Source of the DNA: Sumerlaeia bacterium
Lineage (GTDB): Bacteria; Sumerlaeota; Sumerlaeia; SLMS01; JAHLLQ01
Length of the DNA stretch: 64,000 nucleotides
Reading direction: 5' to 3'
Assembly: GCA_040219255.1 (NCBI GenBank)
Contig: JAVJSW010000001.1
Span: 37,250-101,249, forward strand
Positions 1 through 9,917 of this stretch are shown one piece after another (position 1 is the stretch's first letter; each line of letters begins with the position of its first letter). The notes under the pieces were generated by a model. The model was not told the origin of the DNA, did no database searches, and saw only the letters and a list, made by a program, of their open reading frames with translations. The position numbers and the translations under genes were made by a program.

Positions 1-503
1 CCTTGATCCCTTCGTCGGCGGCGCGGCGGGACATCTCGGCGTAGAAGCCGGCCGGCACGCCGGGGGGCAGGCTGCCGCTCGCCACCAGGAAGTCGGGTTT
101 GTCGGCGCCTTCTTCGCGGCCGAGAACGGCGGCGATGGCGTGGTCGAGTTCTTCGCGGGTCATTTCCGCGCCGGGCGTGTTGAAGCGGAACTGGCGGTTG
201 GTGGAGGTCTCCAGCACCGTCAGGTTTTCGCGGGTGAGGCCGTGGATGTCGATGCGGTGCTTGTCGAGGCCCGCTTCCTCGAGGAGATTGGCGAGTAACT
301 GGCCCGTCGGCCCGCCAGAGGTGTAGACGGTTTTCGATGTACCGCCGAGTTGCAGGATGGCGCGGGAGACGTTCAGGCCGCCGCCGCCGGCTTCGAAGCG
401 GGGCTTGCCGCACCGCAGCTTCTTTTCGTCCACCACGTGGTCCACTTCCACGGACTTATCGATGGCGGGGTTCAGGGTCAGGGTCAGAATGGATTGCTGC
501 ATG
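1..503 (-). CDS. PfkB-family sugar kinase (1-phosphofructokinase/tagatose-6-P kinase-like), 5' part only (gene continues beyond window start)
   Basis: Reverse-strand translation from ATG at 503: MQQSILTLTLNPAIDKSVEVDHVV...GGGGLNVSRAIL... matches N-terminal signature of PfkB/FruK kinases (TLNP.ID, GGKG-N-V motif). Not in ORF track because it runs off the window. Confidence 0.75.
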
Positions 504-999
504 GGACGGCTCTCGGAAAAGGGATCGGGAGGCACGGCGGCGCCACGGGGACTCGCAACCGACAAGAAGACCGGCTTGACCGCCTCTAGAGAGCACTTTA
601 GAGGAGAAGCCAAGCCGGACAACCGTAGGATTATGTTGGATAAGGATTCGTTCCTGGGTTCCCTCCCGGCAGACTGGGTGGCGCAACTCTGCGTCGCAGC
701 GATCGTACGTTATTCTAAAGCGAGGAGCCGGGAACTGCCGGTTCTCGCGGCGCCCTCGACGGTTACTGAGAAGGGCTTCTCGGCAAGAGCCGAGCCATGC
801 CGCAAACCGACCATAACTTCAGCAATAGCAAAGAATGACAGGTGAAGCCGGATCCCACCCGGTGCCGAGGAACGCGGAATCTCGCCGAAATTGCGGCGTG
901 ATGTCTGGAAAACGGGCGCCTGCCGGCTTTCGAAGTTCGGCGGCATGATGGGTGCATAAGCTCCTCTCGAAAAAATAAACCTCTGACCGGAGATGACTT

Positions 1000-1704
1000 A
1001 TGCAAATCGCCCTGTCCCGCTTACGAATCCTGGTGACCGCCGCCGCAGCCGGATTGGCGGTGTCCTGCGCCAGTGGCGCCCGCTACGCCAAGACCACCGG
1101 CGATGGCTCCCAGCCCAATGCCCCGGCGGCGCCCTCCCCCGCCACAGCGCTGGATCCAGCGCCCCCGGAAAATCCGCCCGCCGGAGCCTTTCCCATCGAC
1201 CCGGTTCACTCCAGCGCCGTGTTCCGCATCAAGCACCTCGGAACCGATTTCTATGGGCGCTTTGACCAAATGGACGGCTACGTGCTCTTCGACCCGCGAA
1301 ACCCCGGCGGCGGCGAAATCTTCGTCACTATCCCCACCGCCAGCGTGGACACCGACAAGGAAGCGCGCGACGAGCACCTGCGGTCGCCGGACTATTTCGC
1401 CGCGGACGAGTACGATGAGATGCGCTTCGTCAGTTCCGAGATCACGCCCTTGAGCGGTGATCGCTATCGCGTGGACGGCGATCTGACCATCCGAGGCGTG
1501 ACGCGGCCCCTCTCGACCGAGTTCACCTATGGTGGCGAGAGCTTCGATCCATTCATGGAAACGATGAAGAAATCCGGCTCCGCGGAGTTCACCATCAGCC
1601 GAAGCGCCTTCGGCGTCGATGGCACCCCGAGCCTGCTGAGCGACGAGGTGGACGTGCTGCTCGGCATCGAGGCCAAAGCCCCGGAGGGCGCGTCAGAGGG
1701 CTGA
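1000..1704 (+). CDS. YceI-like lipoprotein (polyisoprenoid-binding periplasmic protein family)
   Basis: 234 aa; lipoprotein signal (LAVSC); YceI-type motif IDPVHSSAVFRIKHLG..F.G.F and beta-barrel length. Confidence 0.75.
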   Translation: MQIALSRLRILVTAAAAGLAVSCASGARYAKTTGDGSQPNAPAAPSPATALDPAPPENPPAGAFPIDPVHSSAVFRIKHLGTDFYGRFDQMDGYVLFDPRNPGGGEIFVTIPTASVDTDKEARDEHLRSPDYFAADEYDEMRFVSSEITPLSGDRYRVDGDLTIRGVTRPLSTEFTYGGESFDPFMETMKKSGSAEFTISRSAFGVDGTPSLLSDEVDVLLGIEAKAPEGASEG

Positions 1705-4215
1705 GGCGCGCGTCGTCACCATGCGGTGCATGTCCATACCCAGCGCCCGCTCTGGCAACCCCGCCATCGTCATCAGGACGCGCTCCGGCGTCACTGGCAA
1801 CTCATCGGAGCGATGGCCGGTGGCGTGGGCGATGGCATTGGCCAGGGCCGACGCGGCGGGGATCAGGCTCGGTTCGCCGATGCCCTTGATGCCGAAGGGC
1901 CCGGCGGGCGTGGGGTCCTCGATCAGCTTGATGTGGATCTTCGGGGCGTCCAGGGCGCTCGGTATCAGGTAGTCCGTAAAGCCCGGGTTGCGGCACTTGC
2001 CGCGGTCGAGAATCAAGTGCTCCATCACGCCCCAGCCCATGCCCTGGACCACGCCGCCTTCGATCTGGCCCTCGACCATGTTGGGGTTGATGGCGCGGCC
2101 GACGTCGTGGGCGCAGAAGAAATTCTTCACCTGGATGGCGCCGGTGGCGGCGTTGATTTCGACGTCGGCGATCTGCGTGGCGTAGGCGAAACTGTGATAG
2201 GCGATGCCCTGGCCGGTGGCCTTGTCCCAGGGCTGATCGGGCACGGCGTACCAGCCCACCTCCGTCAGATTCTCGCGCATGGCGTAGCAACTCTTCACGG
2301 CGTCGATGTAATCGAGAAGCGCCTTGCCCGATTCCACGTCCACGATCCTGCCGTCGTGCAGGTCCAGGCTCTCCACGTCGCGGCGCAGATCCTCGGCCAC
2401 GCGGTTGAGGAGAGTGCGGCGGAGCTTGCCTGCGGCGTCGATCAGCGGGAAGCCGCTCATGATGGTGGCGCGGCTGGCCACCGTGGGGCCGCTGTCGGGG
2501 ACCATGGCGGTGTCGATCTGGTTGCAGAAGACGCGTTCGCTGGGGACGCCGAGGGCTTCGGCGGCCATCTGGCAGGCGGCCGTCAGAAGGCCCTGGCCCA
2601 TCTCCGTCAGGCCGATGGCGATGGCGACGCTGCCGTCCTCGAAAATCCGCATGTGGGCGCCGGAGCGATTGATGTACTGGCCCCCCGCGTGCAGGTTCAC
2701 GCCATAGATGATGGTGGCCATGCCGAGCCCCTTAAGGAACAAGGGCTTGCTGGCGTTGTGGCGGTCGTACTCGGCGCGGCGTTCGGCCCAATTCGCCATG
2801 TCCACCGCCGTCTCGATGGTTTCCAGGCAGGGGACGCGGCCGGTCAGCTCCTGACCGGAAGCCATCGTGTCGCCGGGGCGCAGGGCGTTCTTGCGGCGGA
2901 CCTCGGCCGGGTCCATGCCCAGCTCGGCGGCGAGTTCGTCGATGATGCTCTCGTGGCAGAACGTGACCTGGGGCGCCCCGAACCCGCGGAAAGCCCCGCC
3001 GAACAGGTTGTTCGTGTAAACGCAGTACGTATCGACGTGGATGTTGGGGACGCTGTAGGGCCCGATGCAGGAGATGTTGGCGCGGTCCGCGACGATCTGG
3101 CTGAGCCCCGCGTAGGCGCCGACGTCGGCGAGGACCTTGTTCTGCACCGCTTTAATCATGCCGTCCCGGGAGGCGCCGATCTTGACGTAAGTCGAATAGC
3201 GGTGGCGCTTCGAGGACCATTCGACGTCCTCTTCACGCTCGTAGATGAGCTTGATCGGCTTGCCCGTCGCCCAGGCCAGCAGCGCGGCACAGCAGGCCGG
3301 TTCCGTCGGGTAATCTTCCTTGCCGCCAAAGGCCCCGCCGGTGGCGCTTTGCAGCACCCGCACCAGGTGCGCGGGCACGCCGAGCACCTGGCGTACGCCG
3401 TTCTGCACGTAGAACGGGCACTGGCACGAGCTGTGGAGCGTCATCTGGCCCGCGTGGCCCGGAACGGCCACCACGCCCTGGGGCTCGAGGTAGGCGTGCT
3501 CCTGGTAATTGACCTGATAGTGGCGTTCCAGGACGACGTCGCTTTCCGCCCATCCGGCGTCCATGTCGCCGGTGATCACGTGCATCGTGTCCAGGATGTT
3601 GCCATGGTCGTGGATTTTGGGGGCTTCGGGAGCGAGGCCTTCCTCGGGGCTGAAAACGCCGGGCAGTTCGTCGTACTCGACCTTGATCAGGGCGGCGGCC
3701 TGGCGCGCGGCCTTCAGCGACCGGGCGGCCACGAGGGCGATGCGCTCGCCGTGCCAGCGAACCTTTTTCTCCGCCAGGAGCGGCTGATCCTTGATGATGA
3801 TGCCGACCTGGTTGTCGCCGGGGATGTCCTTGGCCAGGAGGATCGCTTCGACGCCCGGGACCTGCATGGCGGCGGCGGTGTCGATGGATTTGATGAAGCC
3901 GTGGGGGATGTCGCTACAGCGGATGTGACCATGCAGCATGCCGGTGAAGTGGAGGTCGTCGGCGTACTGGGTCTGGCCTGTGACTTTGCCCCGGGCGTCC
4001 ACGCGCAGCGGGCTTTGGCCGACGCTCGCGAAGCCCTGCGCCGGCGGTGCGGTGGCGGGAAGGTCCCTCGTTTCCGCCTTCGCCTCGCGCGCGGGATTCG
4101 GAGCCAAACCGGGGGAAGACGTGGGCGCCATGAACTGCGGGTCCTTGTGCGTGCGGGGATCGGCCGAGTTTCCGGCCAGACATTCAACGGAGCAGGCTAG
4201 GAAGGCCGCCCCCAC
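1693..4215 (-). CDS. Xanthine dehydrogenase/aldehyde oxidase family molybdopterin-binding (large) subunit
   Basis: 840-aa ORF; conserved XDH/CoxL-type blocks (GEPSLIPAA, GQGL.T, FGIKGIGE, GAFGGKE). True start probably Met at 4133 (MAPTSSP..., Tat-like N-terminus) rather than 4215. No Fe-S or FAD subunit genes adjacent. Confidence 0.85.
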   Translation of the reverse strand: MGAAFLACSVECLAGNSADPRTHKDPQFMAPTSSPGLAPNPAREAKAETRDLPATAPPAQGFASVGQSPLRVDARGKVTGQTQYADDLHFTGMLHGHIRCSDIPHGFIKSIDTAAAMQVPGVEAILLAKDIPGDNQVGIIIKDQPLLAEKKVRWHGERIALVAARSLKAARQAAALIKVEYDELPGVFSPEEGLAPEAPKIHDHGNILDTMHVITGDMDAGWAESDVVLERHYQVNYQEHAYLEPQGVVAVPGHAGQMTLHSSCQCPFYVQNGVRQVLGVPAHLVRVLQSATGGAFGGKEDYPTEPACCAALLAWATGKPIKLIYEREEDVEWSSKRHRYSTYVKIGASRDGMIKAVQNKVLADVGAYAGLSQIVADRANISCIGPYSVPNIHVDTYCVYTNNLFGGAFRGFGAPQVTFCHESIIDELAAELGMDPAEVRRKNALRPGDTMASGQELTGRVPCLETIETAVDMANWAERRAEYDRHNASKPLFLKGLGMATIIYGVNLHAGGQYINRSGAHMRIFEDGSVAIAIGLTEMGQGLLTAACQMAAEALGVPSERVFCNQIDTAMVPDSGPTVASRATIMSGFPLIDAAGKLRRTLLNRVAEDLRRDVESLDLHDGRIVDVESGKALLDYIDAVKSCYAMRENLTEVGWYAVPDQPWDKATGQGIAYHSFAYATQIADVEINAATGAIQVKNFFCAHDVGRAINPNMVEGQIEGGVVQGMGWGVMEHLILDRGKCRNPGFTDYLIPSALDAPKIHIKLIEDPTPAGPFGIKGIGEPSLIPAASALANAIAHATGHRSDELPVTPERVLMTMAGLPERALGMDMHRMVTTRASAL

Positions 4216-4265
4216 CCGTCAACGGAGAAGGGCTTTTGAAGCGTTCCCACTCGCGAGCGAACCGC

Positions 4266-5777
4266 CTATTCGACCTTCGTGGACACCGAGATGGCCAGTT
4301 CGTGGATTTTGTTGAAGAGCGTTTTGTAGGACACGCCGAGTTGCTTGGCGGCTTCCGCTTTGTTACCGCCGCAAACCTTGAGGGCGCGGATGACGGCGCC
4401 GCGCTGGGCGTCGGCGGCGACGTCGCTCAGGTTGCGCACGGCTTCGTCTTCCGTGCCGAGGTTCACGATCATCTGGTGCTCGCCAATGATGGGACCAAAG
4501 GAGCTGGGAGCGCCGCCGGGGACTTCGGACTTTTTCATGCCCACGGCGCGCATCGGGGAAATCAGGGCCGCCGGTTCCTGCATGACGATGGCCTGCTCCA
4601 CGGCGTTTTGCAGTTCCCGGATGTTGCCGGCCCAGGGCCGTTGAGACGCCGCCTGGATCAATTCAGTGGCGAATTCCGGCTCCGGCATGCGGTGTTTCGC
4701 GGCGAAGCGCCGGGCGAAGTGCTGGATCAGGCGCGGGATGTCGGACTGGCGTTCGCGCAGGGGCGGCAGGTGAATCGGAATCACGTTGAGGCGATAATAG
4801 AGGTCCTCGCGGAAGGAACCCTCCTCGATGGCCTTCTTCAAGTCGCGGTTCGTGGCGGCGATGATGCGCACGTCGGTCTTGATCTGCTTGTCGCCGCCGA
4901 CGCGCTGGAAGGTTTGGTCTTGCAGGACGCGCAGGAACTTGACCTGGAGGTCGAGGGGCATTTCGCCGATTTCGTCGAGGAACAGGGTTCCGCCGCTGGC
5001 CAGCTCGAACTTGCCTTTCTGCAAGGCGTGGGCGCCGGTGAAAGCGCCGCGTTCGTGGCCGAAGAATTCGCTCTCCAGCAGATTTTCCGGCAGCGCCCCG
5101 CAATTCACCGCCACGAAGGGCTGATCGCGGCGGTCGCCGTTGTAGTGGATCGCTTGGGCCACCAGTTCCTTGCCGGTGCCCGATTCGCCGGTAATCAGGG
5201 CGCTGGTCTTCAGGCTCGCGATGCGGCGGATGATGTCGAAAATATCGGTCAGGCTGTCGTCGTTGCCGATGATGGGCAGGGGTTTGTTGTCTGGCCCGAG
5301 GAAGATGTGGTCGGGCTGCTGGGGCAGGAGGACGGGGTTACTGAGTTCGGCGCGGGTCAGCAGGTCGCGGCTCTCGTGGGCGCGGCGGACAGCGCTGCGG
5401 ATGCGTTTGTTGTCGAAGGGCTTGACCACGAAATCGGTGGCGCCGGCGCGCATGGCCTTCACCGCGGCGTCGATGGTGCCATAGGCCGTCATGATGATGA
5501 CGGCGGTGCGGACGTCGCGCTTGCGGAGCTGCTCGATGACCTGGAAGCCATCCATCCCCGGCATGGAGAGGTCGAGGACGGTGACCGGCAGGGGCACCTC
5601 CGCCTCCTCGTGGGCGCGCAGCGCTTCCTCGCCGTTGCTGGCGGTGAGGACCTGCCAGCCATCGTCCTCGAGGACGTCGGTGAGAAGCTGGCGCAGGTTT
5701 TTCTCGTCGTCGCAGACCAGGACGCGGCGAACGTCGGCGGCGGTTTCGGCGGGGGCAACGGGGGCGGCGGAAGTCAT
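4266..5777 (-). CDS. Sigma-54-dependent response regulator (NtrC family: REC + AAA+ sigma54 activator + Fis HTH)
   Basis: 503 aa; REC (VLVCDDE...DLSMPGMDG), Walker A GESGTGKE, GAFTGA motif, ESEFFGHERGAFTGA, C-terminal HTH (AAKQLGVSYKTLFNKI). Confidence 0.9.
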   Translation of the reverse strand: MTSAAPVAPAETAADVRRVLVCDDEKNLRQLLTDVLEDDGWQVLTASNGEEALRAHEEAEVPLPVTVLDLSMPGMDGFQVIEQLRKRDVRTAVIIMTAYGTIDAAVKAMRAGATDFVVKPFDNKRIRSAVRRAHESRDLLTRAELSNPVLLPQQPDHIFLGPDNKPLPIIGNDDSLTDIFDIIRRIASLKTSALITGESGTGKELVAQAIHYNGDRRDQPFVAVNCGALPENLLESEFFGHERGAFTGAHALQKGKFELASGGTLFLDEIGEMPLDLQVKFLRVLQDQTFQRVGGDKQIKTDVRIIAATNRDLKKAIEEGSFREDLYYRLNVIPIHLPPLRERQSDIPRLIQHFARRFAAKHRMPEPEFATELIQAASQRPWAGNIRELQNAVEQAIVMQEPAALISPMRAVGMKKSEVPGGAPSSFGPIIGEHQMIVNLGTEDEAVRNLSDVAADAQRGAVIRALKVCGGNKAEAAKQLGVSYKTLFNKIHELAISVSTKVE

Positions 5778-6092
5778 GGCGGAGGCCTTTTATTCAGAGG
5801 TGGCTTTTTGAGGAAATCCGTGAGGAAGCATAAGCGTTAAACGCTGGAAGGCCACGTCTCATTGCATTTCTAGAAAAAAATTCTTGGCCACGCGAGGGGT
5901 TTGACGGAGGTGGTGGGTAATTTTTTACAGGGGTGGGGAGGAAAAATCCAGGGGCAACCGAGAGGCGTAATCCGCCCTGGAACCATACTCCACGGACCCC
6001 TCCAGAATTCGTGGCGGAGACACATTTGTCTTGTCAGGAGCGGATCGTGAGGGAGGTTTAGCACATCTCAAGATCCAACTATTTTCGGACAA

Positions 6093-7880
6093 TTGCTGAT
6101 GAATTCCAAAATTCTCTCCTGCGCTCTGTCGAGCGCACTGCTGATTCCTTCTTGCCTAATGGCCCAATGGCCCGGCTTCGCGACCCGGGTTCTCTATTCC
6201 ACAGCCAACGATCCCACGGATATCGTGACGGCCGATTTCGATGGTGATGGAATCCTGGATATCGCGACGGCCGACGCCGCGCTGTCGAATGTGAGCGTAC
6301 GACTCGGCGATGGAGACGGGACCTTTGGGGGCCGCGCGAACTTTGCCACCATCAACCTGCCGGTCTCGATATTCGCCGCCGATTTGGACGGGGATGACAT
6401 CCTCGATCTGGTCACCGCCAACAACTCACAGGACGTTCTGTGCATCCTGATCGGCAACGGCGATGGCACATTCCAGTCCTATTATACGGTGGCCACGGGG
6501 AATCTGGCGGCCGATGTGCAGGCTGGCGATTTCGACGGCGACCTGGTGATGGATCTGGCAATCGTCAATCAAACCGACAACGACATTTCCATCCGGCTCG
6601 GCAATGGTGACGGGACCTTCGGCGCAGCCACAGACTATGCGACCCAGACAACACCGAGGCGGCTTTTCATCGCCGAACTGAGCGGCGACTCTGACCTGGA
6701 TATCGCGGTTTCCAACGAAGTCGGAGACAGCGTGTCCGTCTTCATCGGCAATGGCGATGGAACCTTCGCGAACGCCGTGAACTATTCCACCGGCAACCGC
6801 CCCTGGAATGTGCACGCGGCCGATCTGAATGGCGACGGCTTGCGGGACTTGATCCTGCCACTGGTCGATCCCGACACCGTTTCTATCCTGCTGAACAATG
6901 GCGGCGGTGTCTTCGGAGCACCGACGACTTACTCCACCGGCAATGGTCCACAGGGCGTTGACGCGGCGGACTTTGACGGCGATGGCAATTTGGACGTGGC
7001 GGTGGCGGTCGGCAGCGCCTCGTCGGTGTCGGTGCTCCTGGGCAACGGCAACGGAACGTTGCAGGCCGCGCAGACCTTCGCCTCCGGAGCCTCCGGGCCA
7101 CAGAACCTGGCGGTTGGCGATTTCGACGCCGATGGCTCAATCGATTTGGCTTCGGCCAATTCAGGCTTTGCCGATACATTTTCGATCTACATCAACCTGG
7201 CCGAGCCCAGCCTGGATTACTCGCCAGCTTCTCTCGCATTTGGTGGGATTGAACTCGGCACCGGACCCAGCACCGAGACCATGGTTCTGACCAATGATGG
7301 CTCGGCGCTGCTCATCACGACAGCGACCTTGACCAACGATGGCGGGGGCGTTTTCGCGCTGAGCGAGGTTCCCGTGTCTCCACTGACGGCGGGGTCCACC
7401 ACCACTCTGGCAGTCACTTTCGACCCCGATGGTCTCACCACCTACACGGGGCAAGTGACCCTGGAAACGAATCTCGCGAGCAGCCCGACGATCACGTTGG
7501 CGATCTCTGGCGAGGGCATCGACACGATGCCTCCGAGTACTCAAATCACAGGGCCTTCTTCCGGCACCCTGACCCAGCCTTCGCCCACCTTCGATGTCAC
7601 CTGGACCGGTGACGACACGCCCGGCGGCAGTGGTCTGGCGACGGTAGAGCTGTTCTATAACTTCAGCGCCGCCAAGGGTGCGCCGCTCACCAGCTATGGC
7701 GTCTTCGCCAGTTCCCCGATCGTTTTCGACACCGGCACCACCGGCGGCGACGGCACCTACGAACTCTTCCTGGCGGGGACAGACGCCGCCGGAAACACGG
7801 AGCCGGTGACGGCCTCGGCGGAAGTGATCGTCACCTTCAACGATACGAGCGGCGTGGGCGGCTGGGACCAGTTGGAGTAA
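6093..7880 (+). CDS. Secreted FG-GAP/VCBS-repeat beta-propeller protein with C-terminal Ig-like domains
   Basis: 595 aa; signal peptide; about 7 repeats of (A)DFDGDG..D/LNGDG..D.. ; C-terminal Thr/Gly-rich beta-domains. Confidence 0.75.
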   Translation: MLMNSKILSCALSSALLIPSCLMAQWPGFATRVLYSTANDPTDIVTADFDGDGILDIATADAALSNVSVRLGDGDGTFGGRANFATINLPVSIFAADLDGDDILDLVTANNSQDVLCILIGNGDGTFQSYYTVATGNLAADVQAGDFDGDLVMDLAIVNQTDNDISIRLGNGDGTFGAATDYATQTTPRRLFIAELSGDSDLDIAVSNEVGDSVSVFIGNGDGTFANAVNYSTGNRPWNVHAADLNGDGLRDLILPLVDPDTVSILLNNGGGVFGAPTTYSTGNGPQGVDAADFDGDGNLDVAVAVGSASSVSVLLGNGNGTLQAAQTFASGASGPQNLAVGDFDADGSIDLASANSGFADTFSIYINLAEPSLDYSPASLAFGGIELGTGPSTETMVLTNDGSALLITTATLTNDGGGVFALSEVPVSPLTAGSTTTLAVTFDPDGLTTYTGQVTLETNLASSPTITLAISGEGIDTMPPSTQITGPSSGTLTQPSPTFDVTWTGDDTPGGSGLATVELFYNFSAAKGAPLTSYGVFASSPIVFDTGTTGGDGTYELFLAGTDAAGNTEPVTASAEVIVTFNDTSGVGGWDQLE

Positions 7881-8040
7881 ATCGGATCGCGTCCAATGTC
7901 CGAACATTTTTGATGCCTCGCGAGGGCGCTGCTTGCGCCGCGGGGGCGAGGAGGCGTAAGTGGCTGACTCTCTCGCTGCGGCTTGCTCCTGGGGGCATGC
8001 GCGCGGCGTTGTACCTGTGACTTAGAAGGAACCTCTCTCC

Positions 8041-8988
8041 ATGCCTGATTTGATCTCAATCGCGGATTTGACCCGTTCGGACGCGGAGGACCTGTTGAAA
8101 TTGGCCGCGAAGCTCAAGGCCGAGTGGCACGCGAGCCTGTCGGCCAACAAGGCTCAGAAGCCCCACCTGGCGGGCAAGACTCTCGCCATGATTTTCGAAA
8201 AGCCCAGCCTGCGGACCCGCTGCTCGTTCGAAGCCGGCATGTTCCAGCTCGGCGGCACGGCCATTAACCTCAACGCCAGCGAAGTCGGCCGCCTCGGCGA
8301 GCGCGAGTCCATCAGCGACACGGCGCGCAACCTGTCGCGCTGGGTCCAGATCATCCAGGCCCGCGTCTTCGCCCACAAGAGCGTCGAAGAGCTGGCCGAG
8401 TGGTCCGACGCGCCGGTCATCAACGGCCTCTCGGATTTCGAGCACCCGACCCAGATCATGGCCGATTACCTGACCATCCGCGAGCACCGGGCGAATTTCA
8501 CCGACGGCCTGCGCCTGGCCTGGGTCGGCGACGGCAACAACGTGGCCCACTCGCTGATGATGATGGCGTGCATTTTTGGCCACGAAATGCACCTGGCCGT
8601 ACCGGCGGGCTACGACCCGGCGGACCGCGCCTGGAGCCTGTGCGAGAAGCTGAACCCGAAAGCCCGCGACCTGATCCGCGTCTTCCGCGATCCCAAGGAA
8701 GCGGTCAAGGGCGCCCACGTCCTCTACACCGACGTGTGGGCCTCGATGGGCCAGGAAGCGGAGAAGGAAAAGCGCGCCAAAGCCTTCGAGGGCTTCCAGA
8801 TCAACGACGCCCTCCTCGACCTCGCCGAGCCCGGCGCCTTCGCCATGCACGACCTGCCCGCCAAGCGCGGCCTGGAAATCACCGACGAAGTCATCGACGG
8901 CGACCGCAATGCGATCTTCGATCAGGCGGAAAACCGCATGCACACGATCAAAGCGGCGCTGTGCTGGTGCCTCGGGCTGGGGGGCTGA
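8041..8988 (+). CDS. argF: Ornithine carbamoyltransferase family protein (ArgF-like; variant SLRTR and HDLP motifs)
   Basis: 315 aa; carbamoyl-phosphate site SLRTR (canonical STRTR), HPTQ, DVWASMG, but HDLP in place of canonical HCLP. Confidence 0.75.
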   Translation: MPDLISIADLTRSDAEDLLKLAAKLKAEWHASLSANKAQKPHLAGKTLAMIFEKPSLRTRCSFEAGMFQLGGTAINLNASEVGRLGERESISDTARNLSRWVQIIQARVFAHKSVEELAEWSDAPVINGLSDFEHPTQIMADYLTIREHRANFTDGLRLAWVGDGNNVAHSLMMMACIFGHEMHLAVPAGYDPADRAWSLCEKLNPKARDLIRVFRDPKEAVKGAHVLYTDVWASMGQEAEKEKRAKAFEGFQINDALLDLAEPGAFAMHDLPAKRGLEITDEVIDGDRNAIFDQAENRMHTIKAALCWCLGLGG

Positions 8989-9112
8989 GGCGACTCTTCC
9001 GCAAAGAATCACCACGGAGACGCGGAGGCACGGAGAAGCTTCCCGCAAGAGAGGTGGCGCAAGACCGCTTCCGCTGTGTTCAAGGATTGCCTTGCCGGGG
9101 CGCCTTCTCGGC

Positions 9113-9721
9113 CTATGGCGTTGCGGCGGCGAGGGCGGAGTCGAGATCGGGATACGGAGCCAGGACCTCGCCGCTGGCGAAGGTGATGCGTTCGACTTCG
9201 CAACAGACCGTGAATTCGTCTGGGTTCAGCCGGGTGAAGTCTTCGAATGGAATGGGGTCTTGCAGTCCGCTGTAGGGAAACGAGAAGTGGATCGGTTCTC
9301 CCACCGGAAAAGGCCGCAGGACTTCGTGGTAAGCAAGCGGGCGCCCGGTGAAATCGAACACCATCGTGGGGCTGTTCGGATCGGATGAACTCAGAAGGAA
9401 CCGGCCGCTGATTTCCCGAATGGGTTCCTTGCTCCCATTTCTCAATTCCACTGTGATGTAAAGATTGTCGCCCGGGGGATTGAGTCCCCGGAGTTGGGTC
9501 ATTTCTTCAACTGCCGTAACGCGGGCGCTGACCAGCGCGGCGAGGAACGCGCGTCGCCGGGCGTTGATCTTCTCGAGGGAAGGGACAGCGGCTTGCGAGG
9601 CGGGGGCTTCGCCTACGGCGGTAGGAGCGGGTGGAGGGCTCTGCTTTGCGAGCACAATAAAAACCACGGATGCACCGAGGGCAGTAGACACGGCGAAAAG
9701 AGCGGCAAGACGTCGTTTCAT
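9113..9721 (-). CDS. Hypothetical exported protein
   Basis: 202-aa ORF with N-terminal signal/anchor (MKRRLAALFAVSTALGASVVFIVLA); no recognisable domain. Confidence 0.5.
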   Translation of the reverse strand: MKRRLAALFAVSTALGASVVFIVLAKQSPPPAPTAVGEAPASQAAVPSLEKINARRRAFLAALVSARVTAVEEMTQLRGLNPPGDNLYITVELRNGSKEPIREISGRFLLSSSDPNSPTMVFDFTGRPLAYHEVLRPFPVGEPIHFSFPYSGLQDPIPFEDFTRLNPDEFTVCCEVERITFASGEVLAPYPDLDSALAAATP

Positions 9722-9917
9722 GGTTGGCCCTCCCGTAGATGAGCAGGAGAATGGAGGGTGAACCAGTGGTGCTGGGCCGTCAATCCGATCCGGGCTGACG
9801 CGGAAGGCGGATCGGTGGCGGGCATTTTCCGCGTGACCCTGCCGCCGGGCGCGTGACAGGACTTCGGCGCATTTTCTTGGCGCCCGGCCCGAACCGAGGG
9901 CTGGCGGGGAGTTTTGG

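Noticed and set aside
1726-4200. 824-aa plus-strand ORF antisense to the xanthine dehydrogenase gene; similar long antisense ORFs at 4236-5840(+), 9780-12419(-), 13658-15961(-), 30884-33100(+), 34318-36327(-), 55512-58616(+), 60957-62987(-)
   Set aside because: High-GC genomes produce long stop-free antisense frames. Translations are Arg/Ala/Gly/Pro low-complexity with no domain signatures, and each fully overlaps a well-supported gene on the other strand.
5843-5870. Sigma-54 -24/-12-like sequence (cTGGaaggCCACGtctcaTTGCAtt) upstream of the FG-GAP gene
   Set aside because: GG...GC spacing is 12 nt rather than the required 10, and TGGCAC is not matched. Likely coincidental.
7925-7965. GC-rich hairpin after the FG-GAP gene (cctcgcgagggcgc...gcgccgcgggggcgagg)
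   Set aside because: No U-tract follows on either strand (the T-run precedes it), so it is not a canonical intrinsic terminator. It may be a REP-like structure, but it is a single copy in the window.
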